A stretch of DNA of 64,000 nucleotides from Laetmonice hystrix (GCA_965235115.1 OZ249436.1:19034001-19098000); one strand, 5' to 3'; counted from the first letter of the stretch, positions 28,213-41,173 are shown. The notes: generated by a model not told the origin, from the sequence alone. Made by a program: numbers and translations.

Positions 28213-29256
28213 AGTACAAAGTGAATTGTACTGCTGGTACGGGTTAGAAGTGTAATTTTGTAATTCGTCACATAGGTAGTAAATTGAATGAGAAAAAACA
28301 TTTTGTTTACGTACTGACCAGCTAACTAATGATATTCCCGACATGCATCAGACAGGAAGACGTTTCAAGGAGAACAGCGTTTGACTGACCTGACCTGACC
28401 TGATATAACCCCATTGCTCACCGATCAGAAAACCTGTCGGGCTCCGTAAACTGATTGGTCGTCAGTTAGTGTCTCTGATCCCCGGAGGCGGGCCAGGGGC
28501 CGGGGTCACGTTATCAGGTCAAAGGTTACACCGCCATGGCAACCTCTACATCGTCAAGTCGACACTTACGGGTTGCCGTGAGGGTTCTCTCCTGGTCCAG
28601 TGTACTAATGTGGTCCGGGCCATACTCTCGGCGTCCCAATGCATTAACAGGGCCCTAGGAACGAGGACGGGTGCAGGCTGCTGCTATTGTTCCCGATTTT
28701 CTATACGAAAAATGACATTTTCCTCCTGATGAGATCCTTGCCTCAGGTGCCACTACTGCTAGCGCCCTCTATGATGATATTAGCGAACTGTTTCGACGGC
28801 CCAGCAGGAAACGAGAAATCTATTTGAGGCTTAGTCTCCTCTTGACGTTAGATCAAAGCATACCTACTGCAATGTAACCGAATGAGAAAAATAAGGGTGA
28901 CGAATGAAAAGAAGAAAAGGTGAAAAAGAAGAAAGACGAAAAGGGAGGACCGCAAACGCAGTGGTATTCCTATTATGTCGGTGGTGGTACAACATTAGTA
29001 TTTGAGGTAGCAGCAGACGTTCTCGTAGTAGTCATAGCAACAGGAGGCAGCAACGTCACACTGCTGTGCATGAGCGTCGCTCTTACTGCAGTTAGGTCGG
29101 AGAGACGCAGGAGGAGACACCTGGACAGCGTCTCGCCAGGAGGAAGAAAGAAGTGGGACAGAACCAGAACACATCCCCTTCAGTAGCACCTGTTAATTAT
29201 ACCTTGTGATAATAAGAGATCTAAAGTCAGCTTCCGCCTGAGTTTGACAACACAGC

Positions 29257-29817
29257 CAGGGGAGGTCTGCTCCAGAGGTAGGGGAGGTCTGCTCCAGGGG
29301 CCGGGTAGGTCTGCTCCAGGGCCGGAGAGGTCTCCTGTAGAGGCCGGGTAGGCCTGCTCCAGGGGCCGGGGAGGTCTGCTCCAGGGCCGGGAGGTCTCCT
29401 GCAGAGCCCGGGTCGGTCTGCGCCAGGGGCCGTGTAGGTCTGCTCCAGGGCCAGGGATGTCTCCTGCAGAGGCCGGGTAGGTCTGCTCCAGGGGCCGGGG
29501 AGGTCTGCTTCAGGGGCCGGGGAGGTATGTTGCAGGGGCCGGGGAGGTCTCTTTTAGAGGCCGGGGAGGTCTGTTTCATGGGCCGGCGAGGTCTGCTCCA
29601 GGGGCCGGGGAGGTCTGCCCCAGGGGCCGCGTAGGTCTGCCCCAGGGGCCGCGTAGGTCTGCTCCAGGGGCCGGGTAGGTCTGCCCCAGGGGCCGCGTAG
29701 GTCTGCTCCAGGGGCCGGGTAGGTCTGCTCCAGGGGCCGGGGAGGTCTGCCCCAGGGGCCAGGGAGGTCTGCTCCAGGGGCCGGGAGGTGTGTTCCAGGC
29801 CCGGGCAGGTCTCCTCC
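29257..29817. repeat. GC-rich minisatellite, ~21-bp unit x ~27
   Basis: Unit aggtctgctccaggggccggg with variants. Confidence 0.9.
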
Positions 29818-31755
29818 ATGACCCGGCGGAGTGCAGCAGTCTCCGGGCGGCGGGGTTCTCCCTCCAGTAAGAAACCTCCGTGGTGGATGTCGACCTAGGT
29901 CGGAGCGCTGAGCATATCTTTATGACGGATTCCTACGCGCTCCAATATCCCTTCCCACTCCCAACCGTATGATCACATTATCAAGGGCTCTCAGCGCCAT
30001 CACCACAAAAAACTGACTGCTCTTTTCAAACACTGACAGTCATCCTGCGAAGGATGACACAGAGCTTGCTACATCTTGATCCCCTTCCACAGCATTAGCC
30101 AACTTACAGGCCGAGACCCTTCAGCCAGTTTGTTCCTTTGGTACATCCGAGATGCCCTCACATATAGGACAGTGTTATCATGTTGATATGACTGGGCGTT
30201 GAGGCAGGTAAATCTCTACACAGACCGGGCACTAATGACTCGTCTATAGTACCTGTGGGCACCGCCAGAGGGCCTGCCCCTGCTACTTCAAAGGCCTGGT
30301 TGTGTTAGCCAATCAGCGCTCGCCCTTCCAGCCCAAGCCCGCAGTCTAAGATTACGGATCTTTTTACTGTGTTTAAGCCCGCCGACCGGCAAAGATGGGG
30401 ATAATTACAAGCCGTATTAATTTTCCCCGTCGTCAGATAAGCCCAACGACTGCGGATTGATTCCGGAGATTTCTCGGACACTCTCGGAACGCCTCGCGAG
30501 ACGAAACGAACGCGCTTCCATCAACTTCCGGTTTAATTACGGCAATATCTCTGGCCGAGAAATAAATACACACACACACATATATATAACAACTCTTAGG
30601 GGCATGGAGTAAGATACGGTCAGGGCCACTTTCCTAATATTTCACATAATATTGGCAGATGTCTGCTATTGTAAAAATATTAAGGGCAATGGAGTGCATT
30701 TCCTGTTTCATTTTTCAGATATTAGATCCGAACTAAAGGCCCAGGAATATTGCTGGGCCACGTGCGTTACTGCCTGTATTTTGTATCCATAGATAGATAA
30801 TGTATGGATTATTCGTGCTGGTCGTGGTCTGTTTGTTAATATGGATTCTAGTCGCCATGAATGGCCCGCTGGTAGACAGCGAAAGGTGTACTAACCTTTC
30901 TCGCGATATAAGATCTGCCACACAATGAGATGCCGTGATGGCGTCCTTTTGTTACCAAAAAGTGTGTGGAAGAAATTCGATTAATGTACGTGTTCTTCCC
31001 AAGGGGACATTATTCCTCTCATAAAGCGGCATGTTCATGAATGATAGACTTTAAAACCCAGCAATATTCACGCGGGCATTTTGTTTACGAGTCGGATTCA
31101 TCGCCGGAAGTACGCGTGCAACCGTTCTCGTCTGCTTCAAGCGTGGACATCGTAACTAGGGAAACTGCCTTGAAACCCGTAACTATCGTTTACCATAACG
31201 ACCCGGATGTTCTCTGATATGGCAAGCTGTAAATATTTTAAGAGACATACGACGATACGGCGGGAGTGCAGTTAACGATCATCCCACGAGAGAAGTAAAG
31301 ACATATTAAAGCAATCAATGAACAGCCAATGAAATTTATCGGGCGGTGAACCATCGAACGATCGCTTCATAGCGACAACAGGCAACTGGAATGTTGAATT
31401 TCCTGAGATATCTCCGTTTCTGTGGGTATACATTTATTGATTTATGTAGTTTAAGGCCTTAACTAACTTTAACAGCCCATGTCTTCATTTTGAAGTCAAT
31501 GAAACGACAGATACTCGGTGGGTGATTGCTTTAAAATGATGATTTCTGACTACAATCACACGACTGTAAGAGACTGACTCTCACTATTCAACCATCGTAT
31601 TTGGTGGATACTTGGCAAATAGATAGGAAAAAATAGCAGGGTAGCATTATGACTAATCTAATCTAATTAATCACCGCAACATCATCGGTCCGATTAATAA
31701 AGGAATTGCCGTTGACTTTAATTTGTCATGGTACATCTGGGCATGAGTAGATTGA

Positions 31756-32054
31756 CATACTTCACCCCCCCCCCCCCCCACTTACCTGTCCTATACCCTA
31801 GCGCATAACATTTCAAAGTCTAGACATCCCTATAATACTGAACGGGTCGGGGAGCAATGGATGGAACAGCCATGGGACCGTCTGAAATACTGACGCAACA
31901 GCTCAACATGTCCCATGTGACAGATACATGGCCTGGTTTTGATAGGGCTGTTCTGTTATCGGTTGTTACTCCCGACCAATGTAGTACCTTTTCGGACTTA
32001 GACAATTTTCGGCCACTTCGGGAATAGGACAGGTTAGTGGGGGATTAAGGTATG
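31756..32054. mobile_element. Older degenerate foldback MITE
   Basis: Terminal inverted repeats catacttcacc(c)nacttacctgtcctat / ataggacaggttagtgggggattaaggtatg; internal inverted pairs (ggtcggggagcaa / ttactcccgacc; catgggac / gtcccatg); TA on the right flank, GA on the left. Confidence 0.65.
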
Positions 32055-32097
32055 TACAGTATACAGAAGTTGTCTCTGGTCTAGCGTGCTGTACTGG

Positions 32098-34386
32098 CCG
32101 TGGTACTGATCAAGTGTGTAGTTGTATGTCACCGATCTAACAATGCTTTCACCCCCAGACCTGGTACTGATCAAGTGTGTAGTTGTATGTCACCGATCTA
32201 ACAATGCTCTCACCCCCAGACCTGGTACTGATCAAGTGTGTAGTTGTATGCCACCGATCTAACAATGCTCTCACCCCGAGACGTGGTACTGATCAAGTTG
32301 TATGTCACCGATCTAACAATGCTCTCACCCCGAGACGTGGTACTGATCAAGTTGTATGTCACCGATCTAACAATGCTCTCACCCCCAGACCTGGCACTGA
32401 TCAAGTGTGTAGTTGTATGTCACCGATCTAACAATGCTCTCACCCCGAGACGTGGTACTGATCAAGGGTGTAGTTGTATGTCACCGATCTAACAATGCTC
32501 TCACCCCCAGACCTGGTACTGATCAAGTGTGTAGTTGTATGTCACCGATCTAACAATGCTCTCATCCCCAGACGTGGTACTGATCAAGTGTGTAGTTGTA
32601 TGTCACCGATCTAACAATTCTCTCACCCCCAGACCTGGTACTGATCAAGTGTGTAGTTGTATGTCACCGATCTAACAATGCTCTCACCCCGAGACGTGGT
32701 ACTGATCAAGTTGTATGTCACCGATCTAACAATGCTCTCACCCCGAGACGTGGTACTGATCAAGTTGTATGTCACCGATCTAACAATGCTCTCACCCCCA
32801 GACATGGTACTGATCAAGTGTGTAGTTGTATGTCACCGATCTAACAATGCTCTCACCGCCAGACCTGGTACTGATCAAGTGTGTAGTTGTATGTCACCGA
32901 TCTAACAATGCTCTCACCCCCAGACCTGGTACTGATCAAGTGTGTAGTTGTATGTCACCGATCTAACAATGCTCTCACCCCGAGACGTGGTACTGATCAA
33001 GTGTGTAGTTGTATGTCACCGATCTAACAATTCTCTCACCCCCAGACCTGGTACTGATCAAGTGTGTAGTTGTATGTCACCGATCTAACAATGCTCTCAC
33101 CCCTAGACCTGGTACTGATCAAGTTGTATGTCACCGATCTAACAATGCTCTCATCCCCAGACGTGGCACTGATCAAGTGTGTAGTTGTATGTCACCGATC
33201 TAACAATGCTGTCATCCCCAGACGTGGCACTGATCAAGTGTGTAGTTGTATGTCACCGATCTAACAATGCTGTCATCCCCAGACGTGGTACTGATCAAGT
33301 TGTATGTCACCGATCTAACAATGCTCTCACCCCCAGACCTGGTACTGATCAAGTTGTATGTCACCGATCTAACAATGCTCTCACCCCCAGACCTGGTACT
33401 GATCAAGTTGTATGTCACCGATCTAACAATGCTCTCACCCCGAGACGTGGTACTGATCAAGGGTGTAGTTGTATGTCACCGATCTAACAATGCTCTCATC
33501 CCCAGACGTGGCACTGATCAAGTGTGTAGTTGTATGTCACCGATCTAACAATTCTCTCACCCCCAGACCTGGTACTGATCAAGTGTGTAGTTGTATGTCA
33601 CCGATCTAACAATGCTCTCACCCCGAGACGTGGTACTGATCAAGTTGTATGTCACCGATCTAACAATGCTCTCACCCCCAGACGTGGTACTGATCAAGTT
33701 GTATGTCACCGATCTAACAATGCTCTCATCCCCAGACCTGGTACTGATCAAGGGTGTAGTTGTATGTCACCGATCTAACAATGCTCTCACCCCCAGACCT
33801 GGTACTGATCAAGTGTGTAGTTGTATGTCACCGATCTAACAATGCTCTCACCCCCAGACCTGGTACTGATCAAGTTGTATGTCACCGATCTAACAATGCT
33901 CTCACCCCCAGACGTGGTACTGATCAAGTGTGTAGTTGTATGTCACCGATCTAACAATGCTCTCACCCCCAGACCTGGTACTGATCAAGTTGTATGTCAC
34001 CGATCTAACAATGCTCTCACCCCCAGACATGGTACTGATCAAGGGTGTAGTTGTATGTCACCGATCTAACAATGCTCTCACCCCCAGACCTGGTACTGAT
34101 CAAGGGTGTAGTTGTATGTCACCGATCTAACAATGCTCTCACCCCCAGACCTGGTACTGATCAAGGGTGTAGTTGTATGTCACCGATCTAACAATGCTCT
34201 CACCCCCAGACCTGGTACTGATCAAGGGTGTAGTTGTATGTCACCGATCTAACAATGCTCTCACCCCCAGACGTGGCACTGATCAAGTGTGTAGTTGTAT
34301 GTCACCGATCTAACAATGGTCTCACCCCCAGACCTGGTACTGATCAAGTGTGTAGTTGTATGTCACCGATCTAACAATGCCTTCAC
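32098..34386. repeat. Satellite array, 61-bp and 54-bp units x ~39, with a local higher-order period of 413 bp
   Basis: Unit tggtactgatcaag(tgtgtag)ttgtatgtcaccgatctaacaatgctctcacccccagacc; the short form lacks 7 nt. Confidence 0.95.
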
Positions 34387-34618
34387 CACCACCCTATATC
34401 ACCCTATTTGACAACAATCACACGACATGCTCTGTACTATATGTTCATGAGACGTCAATCAATTTCGAAAGTAACGCCCCGTTTGGTTCTTTGTATGTCA
34501 CATAAAATGTTTCTTTTGACATCTGCATGTCAATACTCGCTATTTCCGGATGTTTCACGTAAAGATCGACCTTAAGGATACTACGGCATACACGTGCAAT
34601 TCTTCAAAGATACCTCAC

Positions 34619-34700
34619 CTGCAGTTTTTCTATGAGATCAGACTCACCAACATCATGAGGAGATACTCACCTGAAATGAAACAAACATAGTATAAGTTTA
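34619..34700 (-). promoter_or_regulatory. Candidate recursive splice site with 23- or 52-nt cryptic exon
   Basis: Minus strand: aaaCTTATactatgtttgtttcatttcAG|GTGAGTatctcctcatgatgttg|GTGAGTctgatctcatagaaaaactgcag|GTGAGG. AG at 34672-34671; donors start at 34670, 34647 and 34618; no other AG for about 55 nt upstream. Confidence 0.6.
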
Positions 34701-34740
34701 TGACATTTTATCCAATATGGTACATATATTCTTAAGGTGG

Positions 34741-34860
34741 ATGAGAGAGAGACAGGCAGACAGACAGGTAGAGAGAGGGGGGAGACAGGGAGACAGACAG
34801 ACAGATAGATAGAGAGAGGGAGAGAGAGAGAGGGGGGGGGGGGGGGAAGACAGAGAAAGC
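34741..34860. repeat. GA/GACA-rich tract (pyrimidine-rich on the gene's sense strand)
   Basis: gagagagacaggcagacagac...gagagagagaggggg; lies 70-190 nt upstream (minus strand) of the 34670 site. Confidence 0.8.
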
Positions 34861-35754
34861 CAGAGAGGTTTTATTGCTCTACTTTACTATACTATGTCAA
34901 ATATTCATTATCTGCTTGAGCTCAAAATATAATTTTAAGTCGGAGAAATGGATGCAAAATCACAGGGAAAGAATAGAGGTCTACGCTTCTATATCTTAAG
35001 TTCTCTCCTTTGCAGCATTATTCATGTGGTTCTGCATTACATGCATGTTTCTCTGTGTGTCAACCACTGTTTCCCTCTCTGAATCTTTATCTGTTTCTCT
35101 CAATGCTCTGAAAGTGATCCATATTCAAACCAGCGGTGGTGCAGGCCATTGCCTGGCTTCCATCGACCGCCCTCCCCATACCACGACCGGCTAATAGAGG
35201 TCTGGGCTGTATACGGTCGATCCTCCCGGCTTGTCGCCAGGATCTACTACCTGTTGTGGGCACGGTGGAGGCATGAGACGCCATTTGTGAGGGACAGCTG
35301 GGTTTACGGACACTTCGGTAAGGTGTCCTCGCCTGGCTATCACAGGACACAGCTGGTGCTACCTGCTGCCGCGTTCCTTGTGAAGACAGTGGGACCTGAC
35401 GGAAGGATGAGTACAGAGAGGTGGGGTGGGGGTGGGTGGGGCTTGGATGTGCTCCGAACCGGAGCCACAGGGAGCCTGGCCTCATGGTACAATATTGATG
35501 ACACATCATTAGGAATGCTGTCGGTATACGGGGTGTCGATGTCCTAGCATTGACCGGCACCGCAGGCCTTACGTCACCGGCGGCAGGCGGCGGGCAGCCC
35601 GGTCGGCAGGCAGCCACACCTTTTTCTAACTGTAGGTATGAATTGATAATCACTACCTGAAGGTAGCATCTCCACGGTAATCTCTCTACAAAACTGGAGG
35701 TTAAAAACTCAAAATCGATCACTAGTCCTAGTTCCAAATCTAAGCCCAGCCCAT

Positions 35755-35850
35755 GATCCCGGTTACTCGACCTCCCCCTAAAAATACCCCTATCCTAGTC
35801 TGCCCCTAACCCTAAACAACTCGACCTGTAATTCCGTGGGAACGTTACGA
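35755..35850. repeat. Short degenerate element with CCCTAA core, possibly related to the telomere-core foldbacks
   Basis: cccctaaaaatacccctatcctagtctgcccctaaccctaaac flanked by weakly inverted tcccggttactcga / tcgacctgtaattccgtggga. Confidence 0.35.
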
Positions 35851-36102
35851 TGGCGGAATAACCCTACCTGACATAGCAGCAGTTACTGTCAGCAATAAAC
35901 ACCATGTCTCAAAAACACGGCAAGGTCATTCCACCCGTTCTACTAGTTGAACACCAGGGCGTGCCAGAGAAAATGTGGAAACAAGATTGGGGAAACAAGT
36001 TTATCCCCCAAGGGAATTCTTCTAATCCTGAAGTTTGGAAAAACGCTCTTACAGTGGGGGTCTTCGCGTGGACTTTTTTCCTGGGACTCTCTGACATTTA
36101 AC

Positions 36103-36180
36103 TGTCCTCCATTTAATACAGGTTGAGCAGTCCTTTAATGATTGTCCTCCATTTAATACAGGTTGAGCAGTCCTTTATTG
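36103..36180. repeat. Tandem duplication, 40 bp x2
   Basis: tgtcctccatttaatacaggttgagcagtcctttaatg twice. Confidence 0.9.
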
Positions 36181-37254
36181 TAGACATACATAGCAGGACA
36201 AGACACTGATTATTTACGTGTATCGGAGAATAAGGAAAACGTTTATTTTACCTATGTAAATTAAGGGTAGTCGACATACGAACTATAATGTACTCTCTCC
36301 ATGCCTTCAACAGAAAACCCATTGTTAATATTTACGATAAGCCCGCGCCAACGTTACCGGCCTTATATCTCAGTAGTCTGGAAATACAACTCGTCCTAGA
36401 ATGAACCTGATAAGATCTTTGTGGTCTTTTCTGCCGGTTCACCTTGCCAACAATCAAAGACAAGTAATCGATGTTGTCAGTTCCGTGCCAAGCAGGCGGC
36501 ACCGGCCTGATAGAAAACAAGCCTCACCGCAGCGCCACCTACGTATAGGGTCCAACTACCGAACTGTGCAACGGTTCGTGACACGGATATTCTCGTTTAG
36601 AGAACGAGAACGACCGCCGAGACCGACGACCACGTGACTGGTCATGTGACACTCTCCCCGGCCCCTACTTGATCATGCGCACTGCCGGCTGTCCCACCGG
36701 AAGTAAGCACGTCGCCAGTGGTGCCTGTTTTCTCATATTTTACGAGGTAATTTCAGTGCACCGAGTGAACCGAGTGCCTGTCTGTAAACGACCCGGACTT
36801 TCTGATCAGGCGTGGGAAGGAGCCATGTGACCGCACGCCCATCAAATGGCCCCCCGTTCGATAATATAATCTTACATGGTCACAACGAAATGGTCCTATC
36901 ACCCAAGGATTCTATCAAATATGTTCTTGTGGTGTCATAATGATTGTTGCCGCAACGTGCATGCATGAATAAATTAGAGCTATCGCCAAGAGAAAATAGA
37001 CCTCAGGGATCTAGCCGGTAAAAGAATAAGTCGTTTATCATCAAAGAACGCTGCAACTTCCACACCTGATTGATCTATTATATTCCTGAATCACCTTATC
37101 TAATAGTGGCGTCTTAACTACACAGCAGGAGGAACAACTCTCCACGACTCCAACATCATGCGACCGACTTTAGCCCATTTTCAGCGAATTGGTTAATAAG
37201 TAAATGCCATACCTCAACATATTCCACCTCTTTCACGCAGCCTTTGTAAAAAGA

Positions 37255-37518
37255 GAGCTCAGTGAAGGGCTGAACGACACTGCTGATGAGCTCAGTGAGG
37301 GTCTGAATGACACTGACACTGGTGAAGAGCTCAGTGAGGGTCTGACCAACACTGATGATGAGCTCAGTGAGGGTTTGAATGACACTGACACTGGCGAAGA
37401 GCTCAGTGATGGTCTGAATGACACTGGTGGAGAGCTCAGTGAGGGTCTGAACGACACTGGTGGAGAGCTCAGTGAGGGTCTGAACGACACTGCTGGACAC
37501 TGGTGGAGAGCTCAGTGA
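37255..37518. repeat. Minisatellite with 33/39-bp units x ~7
   Basis: Unit gagctcagtgagggtctgaa(c/t)gacact(gacact)ggtgga. Confidence 0.9.
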
Positions 37519-38512
37519 AGCTTGGTGTAGAAGGCTGAGATGATATAGCCCTGTTGTCACGTGTATACGGTCAGTGGTTGACAGACGCCATGCGGAGACA
37601 CGATCGCTGGCGCCGACAGGCAGGCAGGCTGCGCCCCCTTCCTCTGACACTCTCATGATTATGCAGTACCGACTTGTTAAAGGATCGGAGAAATAAGGCG
37701 TCTTCCGCTCAACAGAGGCCAACCCTGCTTTCTGTTACTTTCAACTCTGGCCTCACGGTCTGCCCAAAGCAAGGAGGCGGGGCCACTTCAAAAGGGCGTT
37801 AGAATGTTCCCATCTCTTTGTATATAGTTTGCTTTATGAGGCAGAAAATCTCATTAATTCAGGCGTTAGATCTGTTGACTGATCACCGGGTAGCAATACT
37901 GCATGTTATTTTAGGTTGGAATAATCCGACAAGTAGCGCGTTGATGTAATTATGAACAAACGCTGGGTGGGCATCATTTCATTAACAGGCAGCGTTCAGT
38001 GTGGCGGGGATATCTGTATCCCTCGTCCGACGCTCCTACAGCAGACGACATTGAACATGCCAAGGCTTATTGAAAGGCTCATGGGTAAAATTGACGCAAG
38101 CATGCAACCTGATTGGCCTATAATATCACGTGATCGCTGTTACTGTTGTTACCAGCGCCACCTTTGTTAGACCGACGAGTGTTTTCATTACGTGATGTTG
38201 AAACCAACAATGTACAGAAACTCAACTAACATGATACACGGGAATGAGAACTGAGTCCTAATAACTCGGCTCTCGCCTCGAGCACATACACATCTAGCTA
38301 TACTGTCCCGTCACTACCACAGTATATCAGGCCTACCTATAGTCAAAACATCACATATTCTCTTAAATTTTCCTGGAGTCAACTTACTGTCACTTACGTC
38401 ATTTATTATCTCCGGTACAAGATCTAGTTCTAATTTTCCATATTTGAGGACGACTGTATATACTTCCTGTTCTAAACGTAAGGAATGATCGTGATGACTA
38501 GATAACGAAAAG

Positions 38513-38780
38513 AAATGTTCAGAGATAAGACGACCCTCTGTTTAAATGTTCAGAGAGAAGACAACCCTCTGTTTAAATGTTCAGAGATAAGACGACCCTC
38601 TGTTTAAATGTTCAAAGATAAGACGACCCTCTGTTTAAATGTTCAGAGATAAGACGACCCTCTGTTTAAATGTTCAGAGATAAGACGACCCTCTGTTTAA
38701 ATGTTCAGAGGTAAGACGACCCTCTGTTTAAATGTTCAGAGATAGAACAACCCTCTATTAAAATGCTCAGAGATAAGAGA
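38513..38780. repeat. Minisatellite, 31-bp unit x ~8
   Basis: Unit aaatgttcagagataagacgaccctctgttt. Confidence 0.95.
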
Positions 38781-39403
38781 TACCTCAGTTGAACAGACCT
38801 TGAGAACGAGTTTGATTCCTTCCTTCAGACTTTTTCCAGAATCCCCAGCTCTTGTCAATAGCATTTTACCTGAGCATGAAACATTTGTCTGTCTCAACAT
38901 AATTTTGTCAAAGCGTTAGGTTGGTATAAGAGAAACGTGTAACTGTCTACCTTATGGATTATTTAATGAAGCACGCCACTTATCCACGGTCTCGTATGGA
39001 TGACACGCACACCAAGGCGGACGGTTACATTAAAGTAAAGCGATGAACATTTTGATAAAAATAGTCACAATGTGTCTTTGCATAATGAAATCCACGCTGA
39101 TGACCGAATGAAAAGTGGGAACATGAAACGATCTACGACCGACGGTAGGAGGCAGACTGCCGACAGAACTCTTAGGCTCATTCTTTATGATAAGCTATCA
39201 CTGAGATTACCCTCCTAATCCGCTTGGCAAGAATTCGAATTTAAAGAAAAAAAAAGTACGAAATTAACCCTTCAGCGACGGAGTGTCTACAACTGTAATG
39301 AGATTTTAATGTTTTTAAACATTTAAAATACTATGTTAACTGAAAAGATGTTAATATGCTTTAAGCTGGGGCCTAGCACCACAGTGGTGCGCCTTTTATT
39401 GTG

Positions 39404-39471
39404 ATTGGACAGGAACGCGCAATGCTCTGATTGCGATTGGTTGAGCACAGTCACGTGAACTCGTGACGTCA
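39404..39471. promoter_or_regulatory. Promoter/enhancer-like motif cluster
   Basis: Two ATTGG boxes 32 bp apart, GTCACGTGA and TGACGTCA (CRE). Confidence 0.3.
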
Positions 39472-40529
39472 CCGTGAACGTCGAAACGCCGTTATAAGAC
39501 CATGTATGACCTGACACCGAGGGGATGTGGAGTAGATTCAACCATCCACGGTGGCTACAGCCTCGCCATGCACCCTCTTCATAGGCCTACTGCTCCTTTT
39601 TTCCCGGAACCACGTTCGGGTCCATATTTTTAAAGTTAATGGTCCTTTTGACGTTGTATATCCGGGCTGTTCATGTGTGGTGTACGAACGCAATGACGTC
39701 ACGCAAGGCAGACGCCCGACCGCGGTGTTGGTGAAGACATTAGCGCCAAGATTCCCCTGGCGGTCAGCACGACTGGCGGAAGTTAATCAGCAGCCAATCA
39801 GGTGGTCCGCCTCAGTGACACTCCAGAGAGACGATCGGGCCATCTTCCAATTTACACGATCACATCGTCTTTCCAGCCTGACATCTCCGGCTGAGCGCCG
39901 TGGGAACCGGGACAAGATGGCGTACACCACTCGCATGGTGAGGTCGACAGCGTTTTTCACTTATCAACGCCAGCATCTCAGCATCCTAACCGTAGATCTA
40001 TCCTGCCTTTTGTCTAAGCGTCCCTCCGATTGTACTCTAACACGGGTCGATGTACCCGGCCGGGATAGATGGCGCCACATGTCGGTATCAGCCACCATCC
40101 AAGGTGTCCGTCAAACATAGCAGACTGCGGACAGTCGCGGCTGGAGATGGGCAGGTGATACGAACAACGAACCGTGTCATTACAGGCCTGACGTACATTA
40201 TCATCTCAAAGAGATCCAGCTGGTCATCCTGCTCCTTCCGGTTCCCATAGGGACCAGCCAACCAGAGCTGCGGATAGATTACCTCCTTCTAACGGCGCAT
40301 ATTACTGGTTGGTCGAGGCGTCAGCAAGATGGATGGGTGGCGCGAGATTCTCCGAGAGAGGCCGCGAGAGGATGGCGCGAGGCCGTGTTCTGTGTCGATT
40401 AGGAAGAAACGGACACAAATCTCCCCTCTTTACAACCAACGTCCTCGCTGTCGTCCAAATTGGCATGGGCGGCCGGCCGGGCTTTATAACCTGATCCTCT
40501 TCTCACGGCACTCCGCCTCCCGGCCGGAC

Positions 40530-41040
40530 CGCCGCCTGCCCCCTCACGGGCGGACCCCCGCCTGCCCCCGGCCGGACCTCCGCCTGCCCCGGCCGAACCT
40601 CCGCCTGCCCCTCACGGGCGGACCCCCGCCTGCCCCCGGCCGGACCTCCGCCTGCCCCGGCCGGACCTCCGCCTGCCCCCTCACGGTCGGACCCCCGCCT
40701 GCCCCCGGCCGGACCTCCGCCTGCCCCGGCCGAACCTCCGCCTGCCCCCTCACGGTCGGACCCCCGCCTGCCCCCGGCCGGACCTCCGCCTGCCCCGGCC
40801 GGACCTCCGCCTGCCCCCTCACGGTCGGACCCCCGCCTGCCCCCGGCCGGACCTCCGCCTGCCCCGGCCGAACCTCCGCCTGCCCCCTCACGGTCGGACC
40901 CCCGCCTGCCCCCGGCCGGACCTCCGCCTGCCCCCTCACGGTCGGACCTCCGCCTGCCCCCTCACCTTCGGACTCCGCCTGCCCCCTCACGGCCGGACCT
41001 CCGCCTGCCCCCTCACGGTCGGACCTTCGCCTGCCCTCCG
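40530..41040. repeat. GC-rich minisatellite with 69-bp trimeric higher-order unit
   Basis: Subunits of about 26+22+21 bp sharing cgcctgcccc and ggacc(t/c)c. Confidence 0.9.
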
Positions 41041-41173
41041 ACTAGCCTCTTCAAGAACTTGTTCCCACCGCGCTGATCTACTAAATCTGCCTCCCTATAC
41101 CAAGGTCATTGCGCATGCCCCATAACGTAGTCAAGTTTGGCCTGAGCAAGGGGCTTTTGAAAAATTAGATACC

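Noticed and set aside
28920-29189. Coding-looking segment (+ strand TM-like stretch then RRRRR; - strand Cys-rich 64 aa after aacag)
   Set aside because: No recognisable family motif, weak splice sites, and both strands equally readable, which suggests compositional bias.
31780-31800. CAG|GTAAGT on the minus strand as another ratchet point
   Set aside because: The acceptor lacks a pyrimidine tract (ggtataggacag) and the site is part of a MITE terminal repeat.
32098-34386. CRISPR-like reading of this and other regular arrays (also 51099-52630, 52939-53507)
   Set aside because: Units are contiguous near-identical repeats with no unique spacers, there are no cas genes, and the context is a spliced eukaryotic gene.
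38864-38885. ctcag|GTAAAA on the minus strand
   Set aside because: Weak donor and no downstream partner donor seen.
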